Assembly: GCF_041146345.1 (NCBI RefSeq)
Contig: NW_027191413.1
Location: 2,232,001-2,296,000, forward strand
Direction: 5' to 3'
DNA length: 64,000 bases
DNA from: Neodothiora populina
Lineage: Eukaryota
Shown here: piece after piece, positions 24,111-36,579 of the stretch
Layout: the number at the start of each line of letters is the position of its first letter
Numbering within the stretch: the first letter of the stretch is position 1
Translations under genes and position numbers: made by a program
The notes under the pieces: generated by a model
What the model was told of the DNA's origin: nothing
The model's input: the letters and a program-made list of their open reading frames with translations, nothing else
The model's database searches: none

Positions 24111-27100
24111 ATGGCTTATGTCCTTTCTCTTACGCCGCGCAGCTCTTTGGCTGCGCCCTATCAAGAACGTCAATACGAGCGGTCATGGTCATCTCTGGGT
24201 AGCAATGGCCAGGCGGGAGCCTATCGCAACCGTCAACACTCTGCAGGATCGCTGGCATCTGCATCGTCCTCATATCCTACTTCATGGAGATCTGCTGAGC
24301 ATAATACCCCGTTGAGGTCTATAGCTTATTCAGATCTTGCAGCTGGATTATCTTCCACTGATCATTGCACCTTGAGTACGCGTCCACATGTACCCAGAAA
24401 TGCCTTCTCATTGTCGGCTCGATCACCTCCTGGCGTTGTCGTCTCAGCCGCCGGAGAAGCGGCCACGGCGAAAGCGATATCTCTCCCACGTGTGATCCAT
24501 GCAGGTACATTGGATCTGAGGAGCGAAGAAGCACCTGGTAGCATAAATCAATACCACGACGGCGACAAGAATACCTGGGACGCGAACCAAGATAGTCCAC
24601 TTCCTCAAGATCTTACGATTGATTTTGGTGAGCTTCTCACAACCGCCTCGGATGCTAAGACGTACCGACCGTTTCCACGATGGCTGAGTACCCTACGACG
24701 AAGGAAGGTGAAGCAACTTCCTACTGTGGCTGCTGCAAGCTCTCAGAGATCGGCTGGCAATGTGAATTCTCCTCAGCATCACCACAAATCGCACTCATGG
24801 TCCTCTTCGATCGAAGTAGTCACTGCTGTCAAATCCGCGTCCGTTACGTTAGCAAGTTTCAGTGTTAGGTCGTTGTCTCGCACAGGAACTCATGTATCAA
24901 CACAATCAGGACGCTGGCATGACCCCGATGGCTCAGATGTGCGCAAGTCACTTAATAGCAGCACGCCGTCTCGAAGGTCAGTCATCGACGAAGCTGCAAG
25001 AGAGCGATCAAGAAAACGCCGTGAAAAGCTGGAAGAGCTATTACGGATCGAGGAAGGCTATGTGGCAGACTTGAAAGCATTAAGCAACGCAAGTCCAAGT
25101 GCGAAGTCCGAAGCTGTACTACACTGATGCTCAATAACAGGCATTTTTTACTCTTTTGCCCCCACTATCGCCCAGTCTAGCACATATCAGATCTTCCGCG
25201 AGAAGTAACATTACGAGCATGATAGGGCTCCATGACGAAATCCTCGGTGAACTGCACCGCCTCCTGCCCTCACCAGATTGTGACACTTCTATGCCATTGG
25301 CAAGACACACATCGCCAAGATCAGATCACGCTAGATGGGTAAGCGAAGATGGAATTAGCCCCCTGAGACTACAACACAAAGTTGGACATGCAGGCTGGTC
25401 GAAACGGAGGTCTTTTGATGTTCGAGCTACCTTGTTGAAAGACCAACCTGTATCCGCATGCAGTCCAGAGATCATAGCACACGTGGCTGAGCTGTTCACT
25501 CGCAAGGTAAAGTCGCCTGAGCGCATGGTGCATATCGCGATCGACTGACGGGGATACAGGCTAGGAAGTTCAACATCTATGAGGAGTATGTTGCCAGATG
25601 CGAGATGATGCAGGGTGAAGTGGACTTCTTCCAAAGAACAACACTTTCAGGCCCTGATTATGATAAAGCAATAGAAGCCTTGTGTGCTTCTTCTAATCCC
25701 ACAAATACAAAAGATATCAATAAAAGAAAAGCACTAAGTCTCAAGGATCTGCTAATCAAGGTCTGTAGAAGGTAGGAAGAGGACGATCACCGTACTGACA
25801 TTCCAAACGCAGCCAATACAAAGGATTACTCGCTATGAGTTGCTGTTTCGCGATCTCTGCAGATACACGCCTTCCTGTGATGATCCCAATGCTCATCACA
25901 TGCTTGAAGAGGCTCTTGATCAAATCAGTGCGACCTGCCGTAGTGTCAACGAAGCAAAAGATAATCCGGAAAGAATGCGAGTACTGGAAAACTCATGGCT
26001 CCTTCATGAGCGCCTCCATTTCAGTGATCGGGTACAGCATTCCAGACTCGATCCAGTACTTGTGCTCACATACTCAGGTATCTCATTCGTTACTTTTCCC
26101 ACGCCTAGGTCGTCTTGTCCTTTGCGGTGTTTTGTTCGTCGCCTATCGAACACGCAGTCAGGTGCAAGGCCGTTATCTGCTCTGTGTATTGTACGAATCT
26201 AGCTTGATTATCGCTGCCGTAGATGGTTCCACCAGATACGATGCTATCATATCTACATCGATGGCCACCACCACCATAGAGGAAACGGATAACAGTAAAG
26301 GTAAATATGGATTCCCAAACTTGAAATTATCCATCCAACTCACACATGCAGGTTTACAATGCCATACAGCACCGCATACATGGAAAGTCGTCTTTGAGAG
26401 TGCGGGAAAGATGTACGAAGTCATATTAGCAGCTTGTTCGGCACTAGAAGAGCGCTCCTGGAGAGAGCATATGTCGACACGCATTGCCGTGGAAACGAAG
26501 AGTCTTGCAGAAGGCAATGATGTTCCAGCTGACTTATCATCGCCACTGACACATGAGCTCCGAAGCATCGGTAAGGCGTACGGCAAGGCTGGAGGATTCA
26601 TTCGGCGGCTCTCGATACGCCGCACAGCCACACTTGGGCCTCTGGCCGACGCGAACCAGGTTATCATCAAGCATACCGAAGCCCCGAAGGTCGAGAGTGC
26701 CAATGCTTCATCATCGTCTCTGCCTATACCACGATCGCAATCAGTAATGACACCTAGCCATGTTCCAACGCTAGCACCGATGCGCCAGGAGCGCATAAAG
26801 CTAGAAGGTCTGGTAGGCGATGTGTGGACCAAAGATGCTTTACCATTTCCCGGCATGGCGACGCGCCGCTCCGACTATTCGATACGTATCACGGCGAATG
26901 ATCTGATTCGAAAGCTGAGCATGGCAAGCATCGCTAGCAACTTCTCCAAGAGGTCATTGAGCTACACCGGAGCCAATAGCGGACAACCGGTGAGCATGAA
27001 GCCACCAAAAACAAGGAAGCCTCAGCCAGAGAATGTCAAGCTCAGACGACCACCACTGATTGATTTTCAACACGCTCCTGATGCTTTCCTGCCGGAGGAC

Positions 27101-27418
27101 TTCGAGCTACAGGATCCACGATCGAGAGGTGGCAGAGGATCAGGGCTTCGGAGCTTCACAATGGCAGGCCACGATCGGTCACGTTCGCCCTTCTTCTTCT
27201 CGCAGCAGACGAACAAAATGGTGCCTAGTGAGCCGCCCAATAATATACACCAAGACAACGCAAGCGAGACGACCACGACTCGTGATGGCTCTATACATCA
27301 TTCGGCTCAAGGGGGCGAGTCTTGCTCTAGGCAGTCGATCCATGCTGTCGTACCCAGACCTGCAGCGAAAGAGGGTGGAAAGAAGGAGAAGCTCATGAAA
27401 TTCTTAGGCAACGCGTGA
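24111..27418 (+). CDS. Rho guanine nucleotide exchange factor (DH + PH-like), multi-exon
   Basis: DH motifs RREKLEELLRIEEGYVADLKAL and DLLIK|PIQRITRYELLFRDL. PH-like region LGRLVLCGVLFVAY..GLQCHTAPHTWKVVFE. About five introns, the first GC-AG. Confidence 0.85.
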
Positions 27419-28638
27419 GGGCTATAGAGTTAGTGTCGGACTTATCTGGTATAGGAACAACGATCACTACATCATTACTACCTTAGTCTGTTATGATCTT
27501 TAATGGTGCTCTTGTATCGATACACCAATCAGATCTGTTCACCGAGAAGCTGGGCTCACGCCGCGTAGTAGAGATATTGAAGTCATGCACGCGCTAAGGT
27601 GTCTCCTAGGTAGTGCAGCTTCCCAGACGCTCCCCGCATTCTTGCCCTGCCACCACAGCGATGGTAGAGGTGTGCTACCTTTTAGGCATTTCGACAGCAA
27701 CGGTGGACGAGGGATGGTTTAAGCTTTCTGCATTTCATTGTTCAGAAGCAACGGCAGCATGATTACAATGCTAACACTCACGACCTCCTGTCTTGGAATA
27801 TGCAACAGGATGAAGAAGGCTAGATGTGAGACCATATAACCTGTAGCGCTCACAGTGCCTGATGGATGGAATGGATACCTTGAAGTGAAGCAAGTCAGGA
27901 TACCGTTGTGGGTTGTGTGTGTGCAGTTGTGCAGCTTGTGAAAAGAAGTGCGGGGTTGAAAGTAAATATTATTATTATGATTATTGCCAGCCACTCGACT
28001 TATCAGCAGGTCAAGACCAAAACCCAAGTCTCGGACTAGGTAAGATAGAGTTTGGAATGTAGAATGAACTGATGGACAACCAATCAGTTGGTTATCTTGT
28101 GTGCTTGACCGTCTGATGGGTGTCATCTGACAGTGACTGGCGAGATCCAAGTGGCAGCTTTTGTTGGGCGATGGAGAATTAGAAATTATCTCAACCGTGG
28201 AGGGGTAATTCGGATCAGTGACTGCCCTGAGTGACTGAGTGACGAGTGAAGAGCTGGAGCAACTGCCCAGTCTGCAACACCAACAAAAGCGATTGCCGGA
28301 AAATCCCCGGTCTTGGCGGTGCAAGAGCTGCCCGACGGAGTGACAGACTCCGACGTCAAAACACTTCCTGCCCACTTTTGACTCGCCCCTCAGTGTGTGA
28401 CCGACCGCCCTTCAGAGACCACTTCACAAGTCTTTAGCCTTCCCTTTGCTTCATCACCGACAACTTACCTTTCACACTTTTTGTGATTCAAAAGGTCAGT
28501 CTCATCCACCACGCACACCCTCTCGCTGCCTGCGCCTTGTATAAATCCTGCTCTGACCATCTTCAGCAAAACAGATACAGCCTTTTTCTTTTCTTCACGA
28601 CTAATTCTACCTTCCACAACACACAGCACATCACAACC

Positions 28639-29576
28639 ATGGCCGAAGTCCCAACCTTCAAGCTTGTCCTCGTCGGTGACGGTGGTACTGGAAAGGTGCG
28701 CTGCTGATCCACGCACGCCTCTGCACGCCCTCGCTGGAGCCGTGTCGCTCCCATTCCGACGCGACCTTTGCGCTGACTGACTTTTGTTTACTTAGACCAC
28801 CTTTGTCAAGCGTCACTTGACTGGAGAGTTTGAGAAGAAGTACATCGCCACCCTCGGTGTCGAAGTCCACCCTCTCGCTTTCACCACCGTACGTCAAAGC
28901 GATGCGCCCAATTCGCCCACCCCGTGACACGAGCTGCAGTCCACTAACAATCAAGCCAGAACCTCGGTCAGATCCAGTTCGACGTGTGGGACACCGCTGG
29001 TCAGGAGAAGTTCGGTGGTCTCAGAGATGGTTACTACATCAACGGCCAGTGCGGCATCATCATGTTCGATGTCACTTCCCGCATCACCTACAAGAACGTC
29101 CCCAACTGGCACCGTAAGACCCCGACCCTTTTTGCAGTCCAAGTCTGCAGTAGAGCTGACCCGCGCCCGCAGGTGATCTCGTCCGCGTCTGCGAGAACAT
29201 CCCCATCGTTCTCACCGGCAACAAGGTCGACGTGAAGGAGCGCAAGGTCAAGGCCAAGACCATCACCTTCCACCGCAAGAAGAACCTCCAGTACTACGAC
29301 ATCTCTGCCAAGTCCAACTACAACTTCGAGAAGCCTTTCCTCTGGCTCGCAAGAAAGCTCGTCGGCAACGCTCAGCTTGTACGTCACACTCACGCAGCGC
29401 TCGGAGCATTTTCGTCGTGACCACATGCTAACATGACGAAACAGGAGTTTGTCGCCGCGCCTGCTCTCGCTCCCCCCGAGGTCCAGGTCGACCAGGCCGT
29501 TCTCGAGCAGTACCAAAAGGAGATGGCCGAGGCTGCCGACATGCCTCTCCCCGACGAGGAGGATGCCGATCTCTAA
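28639..29576 (+). CDS. GSP1: Ran GTPase, 5 exons
   Basis: [62 protein letters not shown] and acidic tail LPDEEDADL. Four canonical introns. Confidence 0.98.
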
Positions 29577-30428
29577 GCGCATTCCGCCGAACTTCCACCA
29601 GCGCGACTACAAAGCGCGCGATGACGGATCGTGCACCGGGAAGTCTTTAGCAGAGGTCTTCTTCGGCATGCGAGCGTAGCCACGCTCTCCTGACGACGGG
29701 TTTAGACATGATGAAACTACAAAAACGATTCATCATGGGACATGTTGGAATTTACAGCGTTTGTGCTTTTCTTTCTCCATATTCTCTCACCAGCAACCAG
29801 AATACCATACGATAACACGAGAGGTCAGGCCGGAACAGGCCCGGACGCTCTGGTATATCTCCTTGTTCTGACCAAGTTCAGGAAAACCGCCTCTTCCTCC
29901 CGAACGCGGGTTTCCTCTGGGCTCTGGGCCATAATGCACCGAGCACGCCTGATTTTATGCCCTTCTCGACCAGTCTCGATGCAGTTCTTTGCGTTAGATA
30001 GACACACATGACGTGTATCAAGTAAACCAAAAGTGTGCTTTTACTCTAGGTTGCGCCAGAAAGCTTTTGTTTTTGTTTTTGTTTTTGCAAGAAATGATCA
30101 ACGCCGTAGCTGCCTTGGATTCTGTTCCCCAACACATGAAAAGCCCAGCTGTTTGGGCTTGGATGCATCTCGTATGTGCTTTGCGTACAAACCATGAGCG
30201 GGTGAGTCGCGTCTCGCTGTTGTTGAGTACCTCATGTGATGCATATAGTCTTGCAACACATGCTTGTCGGCAAGGCGCCACTGAGCATCATGGTTGTACA
30301 GGCTCACCGGGCTCGCAGGCTGGCCATGAGCATGTGATCTCTCGCCACATCAGGCTATTCTAGAAACTATGTATATGCCCAACGTCAGGCAGGCTACACG
30401 GACGCTGTAGTGGCTAGGTAGGTAGCTA

Positions 30429-30490
30429 GGTAGGCAAGTAAGGTAGGCAAGTAAGGTAGGCAAGTAAGGTAGGCAAGTAAGGTAGGCAAG
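30429..30490 (+). repeat. 13-bp minisatellite (GGTAGGCAAGTAA) x ~4.8
   Basis: Identical units start at 30429, 30442, 30455 and 30468, with a partial unit at 30481. Preceded by taggtaggtagct. Confidence 0.95.
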
Positions 30491-31274
30491 GTACAGTAGA
30501 TAAATTTATGCTTTCCCATGACCGACAGGCAACAAATAAGCCAGCCGGGAAATAATAAAGAAGGGTCAGAGAGCGAACGATTCGTCCGTGCAGGTCTCGG
30601 GTGACGAAAGGTGAAACCTGCCTGACTTTGGGGGCGATACTTGTACCGACAGAAGCGCTAGCGAGCGATTGTACAGTTGATTGCGATACCTCGCAGTTGC
30701 TGTCTCCGTACCGTACCTTTGGTTTTGTAGTAGAACCCCATAAATCCACCTGCATTTCGAGAGTGGAAAGCCTCTTCCCGCGTGCTGATGGATGGTCAGT
30801 AATAATGATGCGGTAAAAACAGTCGGTTCGGTTCAGTTCAATTCATTAGCACCTTACTCTGGTCGTGTTCTTGTTCTCCGGTTATCATCGCATCCCACCT
30901 TCTCTCTCGCCCTCTTCTCCTTCACTCTCGTCTGCGCCGCCAACGAAATTCTTATCACCTCATATCAGGCACTGTGGAGTATATGATTATACCGAACCGA
31001 CTCGCGTGTTGCCATGCTTGCGCGCTCGCCTCACTTTCACCCGAGTTTCGCTGCGGCCTGAATCTAATACATGAATTATTCCTCGCCACTACTTTGCATT
31101 ACGATTCGTCGACCATTCTGACCCTTTGACCGGTCGCGCAGCAGTAGCCTGCCTGCAGTTTGCCTCGTTCCGGACCAGCCACATTGCGCCTTCGTCTCAC
31201 CTGAACGTGCCGCCTTCCCCTCGAGGGTCGGTAGACATCTCTAAATCTCTTCGTCGTCGCCGCCTCTGCCCGCC

Positions 31275-34200
31275 ATGGTCTCCCTTCCGCCGCCGAATGC
31301 GAGCTATGAGGAACTCGAGGATGAGTTGATCGCTCAACAGACCATGCTGGACTCCCTGGACGATGACGATCACGGGATCAGAGACGAGATAGAAAGGACG
31401 ATCCGCGACTTAGAAGAGCGTCTGCGATCAGTCGAACACAATGCGCCCGGGGATGAGCGAGATGGACTCAGCGCTGGTGGCGAAGATACCGATACCGAGA
31501 CCTCTGGACGCCCCGTAGATGCTGGAAATGAGAGCAGACCGACCTACTCCTACGATAATACAAATAACCCGAATCCAAGCGCTGCGCATCCTTCCTCGAC
31601 CACCACGACTCTACCTCGTCTCCCAGATCTATTCCCGAACACGATGAACATGTCCTGCGGTCATCCTTATCTTCCAAATGGCAACAATGCGCACACCTTT
31701 GGGCAGCCCTCTCTGCGCTACAAACGTCCATTCGAGCCCTCTTCACCCGATGGAAACGAGGCGCGGGTCAAGAGACTCACTCCGACCCCGTCGAGATCGC
31801 ACACACCCTCGCAGGGCCAGAGCACAAGCCAGTCGCAAACGGCGAGCGCACACGATCGCCGCGCACTGCTGCTCATGCAACAGCGGCTGCGTGAAGAGGC
31901 TTTTCAGCGAAAGCGCGAGGCGGAGAAGGCAGATGCTGCGTTGGCTGTCAGCCTCAGCCAGAACGGCGAGACTTCCTCGAACGCTGGTCCCTCTCGGTCG
32001 CCCTTCACATCGCTCGCTCAAGATACGCAGACTTCACCCAGCCAGTGGCAACCCATCTTCAGGCCTTCCGGCTACCGTGTGAAAAGAGAGCAGCCATCTA
32101 CCCCAACCCCGAGTGCAGAGACCAGCGCCGTGTGTCCAGGATTTTCCAGCAGCAGAGCCCCGAGCCATCCGTCAACTTATCGCTCTGACTTTCCATCAGT
32201 CCATTCAAACAGTCTTCATTCAAATACTTTGACTCTACCGCCCGTTCAGCATCGAGTCAAGACCGAAGCCAACGGTGATGCGCAACGTCCAGCTATGCCT
32301 CATGCCCACCCAAGAGCCTCGGCGCCGCTGCAAGTCGTTGACCTGACTGGTTCTGATGACGACGATTCTAACAACCAGGTTATTGACCTGACCAGAAACA
32401 TCAACCGCACGCCTGCGCCGTACCCTCAGGGAATGACGTCCCATCAGATACACGCGATTCAGGAGCACAACCGACAACGCTCCATCTGGGAAGCCGAGAC
32501 GAGAAAGCGACAGTATATGTTGCAGCAACAGATGAACGCTCGTGGAGCATCGGGCTACGAGCCCGTCTACCCAGGCTCATCGAGGAGCGCGCCTTATTCT
32601 CTCACACAGTCAGCCATGGCAGGCTTGAGTGCAGCCAGTCACAGTGTTCGCGATTTTGTCGGTGACTTGAGTCAGCTCAGCGAATTGGTTAGAGGCCGCG
32701 GACTGGGTGTTGAAGACGACATGTACCTCAATCCGCGAGGCTACACACCACGCGACATGGACTATGGCATGGTCGATCCCGAAACAACCCGGGAAGATCT
32801 ACGCAAGTTGATGGAGAACATCCAGCCCGAGGAAGAAGAAGTTGCCGCCGAGGAAGACTTCCCTATACCTGGAATGACTGTGAAACTCAAGCCATATCAA
32901 ATGACCGGTCTCAAATGGCTTCAGAAGATGGAGACTGGCTCGAACCGAGGTGGTATTCTTGCCGATGACATGGGCTTGGGCAAAACAGTGCAGGCTATAT
33001 CACTGTTGGTCACACATAGATCCGAAGATCCCTTCAACAAGACAACGCTCATTCTTGCACCGGTTGCTCTTCTGAGACAGTGGCGAGAAGAGATTGCCTC
33101 CAAGATCAAGCCTGGCACTCACGCGCTGCGCGTCTTCCTCCATCACGCCAGCGTCAAGAAGAGGACCCATAGAGAACTTCGCGATTTCGATGTCGTTTTG
33201 ACCACATTCGGTACGATCGCGGCCGAGCAGAAGAGGATGGACAAGTTCCTGTTGCGCAAGCAACATGATCCCCAGGCCACCCCCAGGGATGATGAGAAGT
33301 GTCTTTTCATAGGCTCAGACTGCAAATGGTTCCGCATCATCATTGACGAGGCGCAATGCATCAAGAACAAAAGCACGCGGACTGCGAAAGCCACTTATCA
33401 GCTTCATGCCAAGTCTCGCTTCTGTTTGACTGGTACACCGATGATGAACGGTGTTGAGGAGTTGTACTCTCTCGTTCATTTCCTGAAGATCAAGCCTTAT
33501 AGCGAGTGGCAGAAGTTCAACATGGACTTTGTGCGACCCCTTAAGAGCACTAACGAGAATCATAGGGGTATGGCTATGCAAAAGCTACAGGCTTTGCTCA
33601 AAGCTGTCTTGCTCAGGCGAAACAAGCAAACCAAGGTTAATGGCCGACCTATCCTCACGCTGCCGGAGCGTGTTATCGAGGAGACCCATGCGGTGTTTAG
33701 TGATGACGAAAAGGCCTTTTACATGGCGCTCGAAGGAAAACAGCAGATCGAGTTCAACAAGTACCTCAAAGCTGGCACCATCGGTCGCTCATACGCGCAC
33801 ATTTTGTTGCTGTTGCTCCGCCTCCGTCAAGCATGCTGCCATCCCCATCTCATCAAAGATTTCGGTGTGGCGGCCGCCGCTGATATTTCGCAAGAGACCA
33901 TGGACGAGCTCTGTGAGTCTTTGAGCGAGGCCGTTGTAGAGCGTCTCAGGGCAGCGGATGGCAACTTCGAGTGCCCGGTGTGCTTCGACGCCGTGGAGAA
34001 CCCAGCGATCTTCGTCCCATGTGGCCACAAGACCTGCACGGAATGCTTCACTAGGATCGCAGATCCTGCGAACGGTGTGGCCAACGGCGACGAAAACGGT
34101 GTCTCTGCCAAATGTCCTGAATGCCGCGCTCCGATCAACACGAAGAGCGTCATCGACTATGAATGCTTCAGGCGGCACCATATGGGTGCCCCTCAGCTTG

Positions 34201-35198
34201 AACCTGCTGCGACGGACGAGGTTGATGCTGCAGATGCAGAAACCGACAGCGAAGACGAGGCTGATTCTGACGACTCGGACTCCGAGAGGGAAGACGATTC
34301 GGAGGATGAGGATGGAACGCTTGGAGGCTTCATCGTTAAGGACGAAGTCGACTCTCAGGCGCCCACCGACGATGAGTCTCGGGAGAACAGTGACTTTCCT
34401 GCACCGGCTCAGACCAGCTCAAGGCAGAAACAGAGCAAGAAAACGGCGAGATTCTTCGGCGGCAAAGCCAAGGCGTCGTCAAGCAAGACGCCCAAAAAGA
34501 GCAAAAAGGCCAAAGGCAAACAAAAGATGAAAAAGTCAAACTACACGCTTCCCGAGCTGAAGAAGCTCGCCGGTCAGAGCAAGAAGCACAAGAAGCTGTA
34601 CATGCAGAAGGTGGGCAAGGACTACATTCCATCAGCTAAGATCGAAAAGACGATGGAAATCATACAGGGCGTAATGGACAACCCGGAAGATCAAGAGAAG
34701 ATCATCATCTTCTCGCAATGGACCTCTCTGCTCGACCTGTTAGAGATTGACATCGACAGACACCACTTCGGATACCGTCGCTACGATGGCAGCATGAACG
34801 CCAAACTCCGCGGCGACGCAGTCGAAGACTTCAAGAACAAGAGCCACGTGCGCATGATGCTGGTCTCTCTCAAAGCAGGAAACGCAGGACTGAACCTCAA
34901 CGTCGCAAGCCAAGTCATCATCCTCGACCCGTTCTGGAACCCATATATCGAGGAACAAGCCATCGATCGCGCGCACCGACTCGGCCAGACGAGACCAGTC
35001 AAAGTGCATAGGATCTTGGTTGAAGAAACAGTCGAAGACAGAATCCTGGCGTTGCAAGAGAAGAAAAGAGCCGTCATCTCGGAGGCGCTGGATGAAAAGG
35101 CCTCGCAGGGCGTGAGCAGGCTCAGTCCTCAGGAGTTGGCTTACCTCTTTGGTATCAATCGCAACATGAATGATCCACTTGTTGTGCGCGGGCGTTGA
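31275..35198 (+). CDS. SNF2-family ATPase with inserted RING finger and N-terminal SUMO-interacting motifs (Uls1/Ris1/Rrp1-2-like)
   Basis: Intronless, 1307 aa. GGILADDMGLGKT, IIIDEAQCIKN, LTGTPMMN, LLRLRQACCHP, RING CPVC..CGHKTCTECF..CPEC, SLKAGNAGLNL and QAIDRAHRLGQ. SIMs VVDLT and VIDLT. Confidence 0.93.
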   Translation: MVSLPPPNASYEELEDELIAQQTMLDSLDDDDHGIRDEIERTIRDLEERLRSVEHNAPGDERDGLSAGGEDTDTETSGRPVDAGNESRPTYSYDNTNNPNPSAAHPSSTTTTLPRLPDLFPNTMNMSCGHPYLPNGNNAHTFGQPSLRYKRPFEPSSPDGNEARVKRLTPTPSRSHTPSQGQSTSQSQTASAHDRRALLLMQQRLREEAFQRKREAEKADAALAVSLSQNGETSSNAGPSRSPFTSLAQDTQTSPSQWQPIFRPSGYRVKREQPSTPTPSAETSAVCPGFSSSRAPSHPSTYRSDFPSVHSNSLHSNTLTLPPVQHRVKTEANGDAQRPAMPHAHPRASAPLQVVDLTGSDDDDSNNQVIDLTRNINRTPAPYPQGMTSHQIHAIQEHNRQRSIWEAETRKRQYMLQQQMNARGASGYEPVYPGSSRSAPYSLTQSAMAGLSAASHSVRDFVGDLSQLSELVRGRGLGVEDDMYLNPRGYTPRDMDYGMVDPETTREDLRKLMENIQPEEEEVAAEEDFPIPGMTVKLKPYQMTGLKWLQKMETGSNRGGILADDMGLGKTVQAISLLVTHRSEDPFNKTTLILAPVALLRQWREEIASKIKPGTHALRVFLHHASVKKRTHRELRDFDVVLTTFGTIAAEQKRMDKFLLRKQHDPQATPRDDEKCLFIGSDCKWFRIIIDEAQCIKNKSTRTAKATYQLHAKSRFCLTGTPMMNGVEELYSLVHFLKIKPYSEWQKFNMDFVRPLKSTNENHRGMAMQKLQALLKAVLLRRNKQTKVNGRPILTLPERVIEETHAVFSDDEKAFYMALEGKQQIEFNKYLKAGTIGRSYAHILLLLLRLRQACCHPHLIKDFGVAAAADISQETMDELCESLSEAVVERLRAADGNFECPVCFDAVENPAIFVPCGHKTCTECFTRIADPANGVANGDENGVSAKCPECRAPINTKSVIDYECFRRHHMGAPQLEPAATDEVDAADAETDSEDEADSDDSDSEREDDSEDEDGTLGGFIVKDEVDSQAPTDDESRENSDFPAPAQTSSRQKQSKKTARFFGGKAKASSSKTPKKSKKAKGKQKMKKSNYTLPELKKLAGQSKKHKKLYMQKVGKDYIPSAKIEKTMEIIQGVMDNPEDQEKIIIFSQWTSLLDLLEIDIDRHHFGYRRYDGSMNAKLRGDAVEDFKNKSHVRMMLVSLKAGNAGLNLNVASQVIILDPFWNPYIEEQAIDRAHRLGQTRPVKVHRILVEETVEDRILALQEKKRAVISEALDEKASQGVSRLSPQELAYLFGINRNMNDPLVVRGR

Positions 35199-36579
35199 AG
35201 AGGTAGACAGTGGGTTGATGGCATGGGGGTGACTTGATCATTACAAACGACTATTTATGAACATCAACAACAGGGGTCCTTAACGGCAGTAGAGGAGGGA
35301 CCATGTCTAAGCCGAGGAAAGGTGAAGAAGACGAATCTAAATCATCATGATTTCTCCAACCCAAACTCTGGAAGAAGACAGATGATCTGATCGACTCCAA
35401 CCCCTAAAGTTGTTGCATTGAAGACATACATACCCTCCTTCCAAACTTCCTCCCCACGACATACATAGCATAAAAAAAAAAAAGGGAAAACGCAAAGAGC
35501 GCATCACCAATCTCTACAAACACAGGCAGGCAGGCAGGTAGCCAGCCGTAACGAAAACTCGGAATAACGAAAGCAAGGCAAGGCAGGGTAAAGGTAATAA
35601 TCACAGGGTTCAAGGGTCAGGAGGCAAAGGGAGGTTAACAGGCGTGCGGCGAAAAAGGATGGTAGATACAACATGGGAGGTCAAGGTACCTACCTACCTT
35701 AGATCAGTCAAATCATTAGATGGGGAGCAGTACATACCGGTCTGGTGTTTTCTTCTTCTTATTGATGCTTTATGTCGTGGCTTTTCACTTTCTTCTTTCC
35801 TTTTTCTCTTTTCTCTTTTTATTGAGGGTGATGGTGATAGTGCGTATACCTCTAGTCTGATGCTTCTGTTTCATAAGTGCGTTTATTACGCGGCGTTCGC
35901 TTCTGTTCTGTGCAATTCTGCTCTGCCTTTTTCCTACTTCGATTTGTTGTATGTGTTTAGAAGTACAAGAGGATAACATAATATGACACGATACCTACCC
36001 ACGTACTGCACTTGATTCTTGTCCCCTCTACTCTATATATATGACTCGATCAACTAGACGGATTCTCTCACCTTGTTATTGTATGCATACGCGTTATCAC
36101 CTGTCTGTTTACGAGACGGAAGCTAAGCAGGTAATAGTGTATAAAAGAACATATCTCAACGGATGAAAAACGCCGAGCGCAGAGACCCGAAGTTAGGACT
36201 AGCATAATGAGTAGCACTAAAACACTTGCTGCATGAATCGTAAAGTGAAAAGACGATAGTTGTGGAAGAGACATATGACAGTCATAAGAGAGACATGTAA
36301 ATGTTGTTGCAGAAGAGACATGATAAAGTCGTGAGACCCTGGAGATAGAGGCAGCTCGCTCGCTCGCAGCACCGATCACGCCCTCGCCCCCTTCTCTCAG
36401 TAAATAGAGTAGCAAAACCCGCCCTTACGCCAAACACGCCTAACTCCATTCCCTAGTCACCCGCCCCGATCGCACCATTGAATCGCAGAGGTCGCAGGAC
36501 CACCCGTCAGCAGAAGCACTAGATGGCAGAATCACCCTCCCTCCAGTCCCACCACTGAATACCAGAAGAAGCAGAACGC

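Noticed and set aside
30403..30415. CGCTGTAGTGGCT resembling the fungal SRP RNA 5' Alu motif
   Set aside because: It is followed directly by the minisatellite, with no helix 6/8 motifs or Pol III terminator at a suitable distance.
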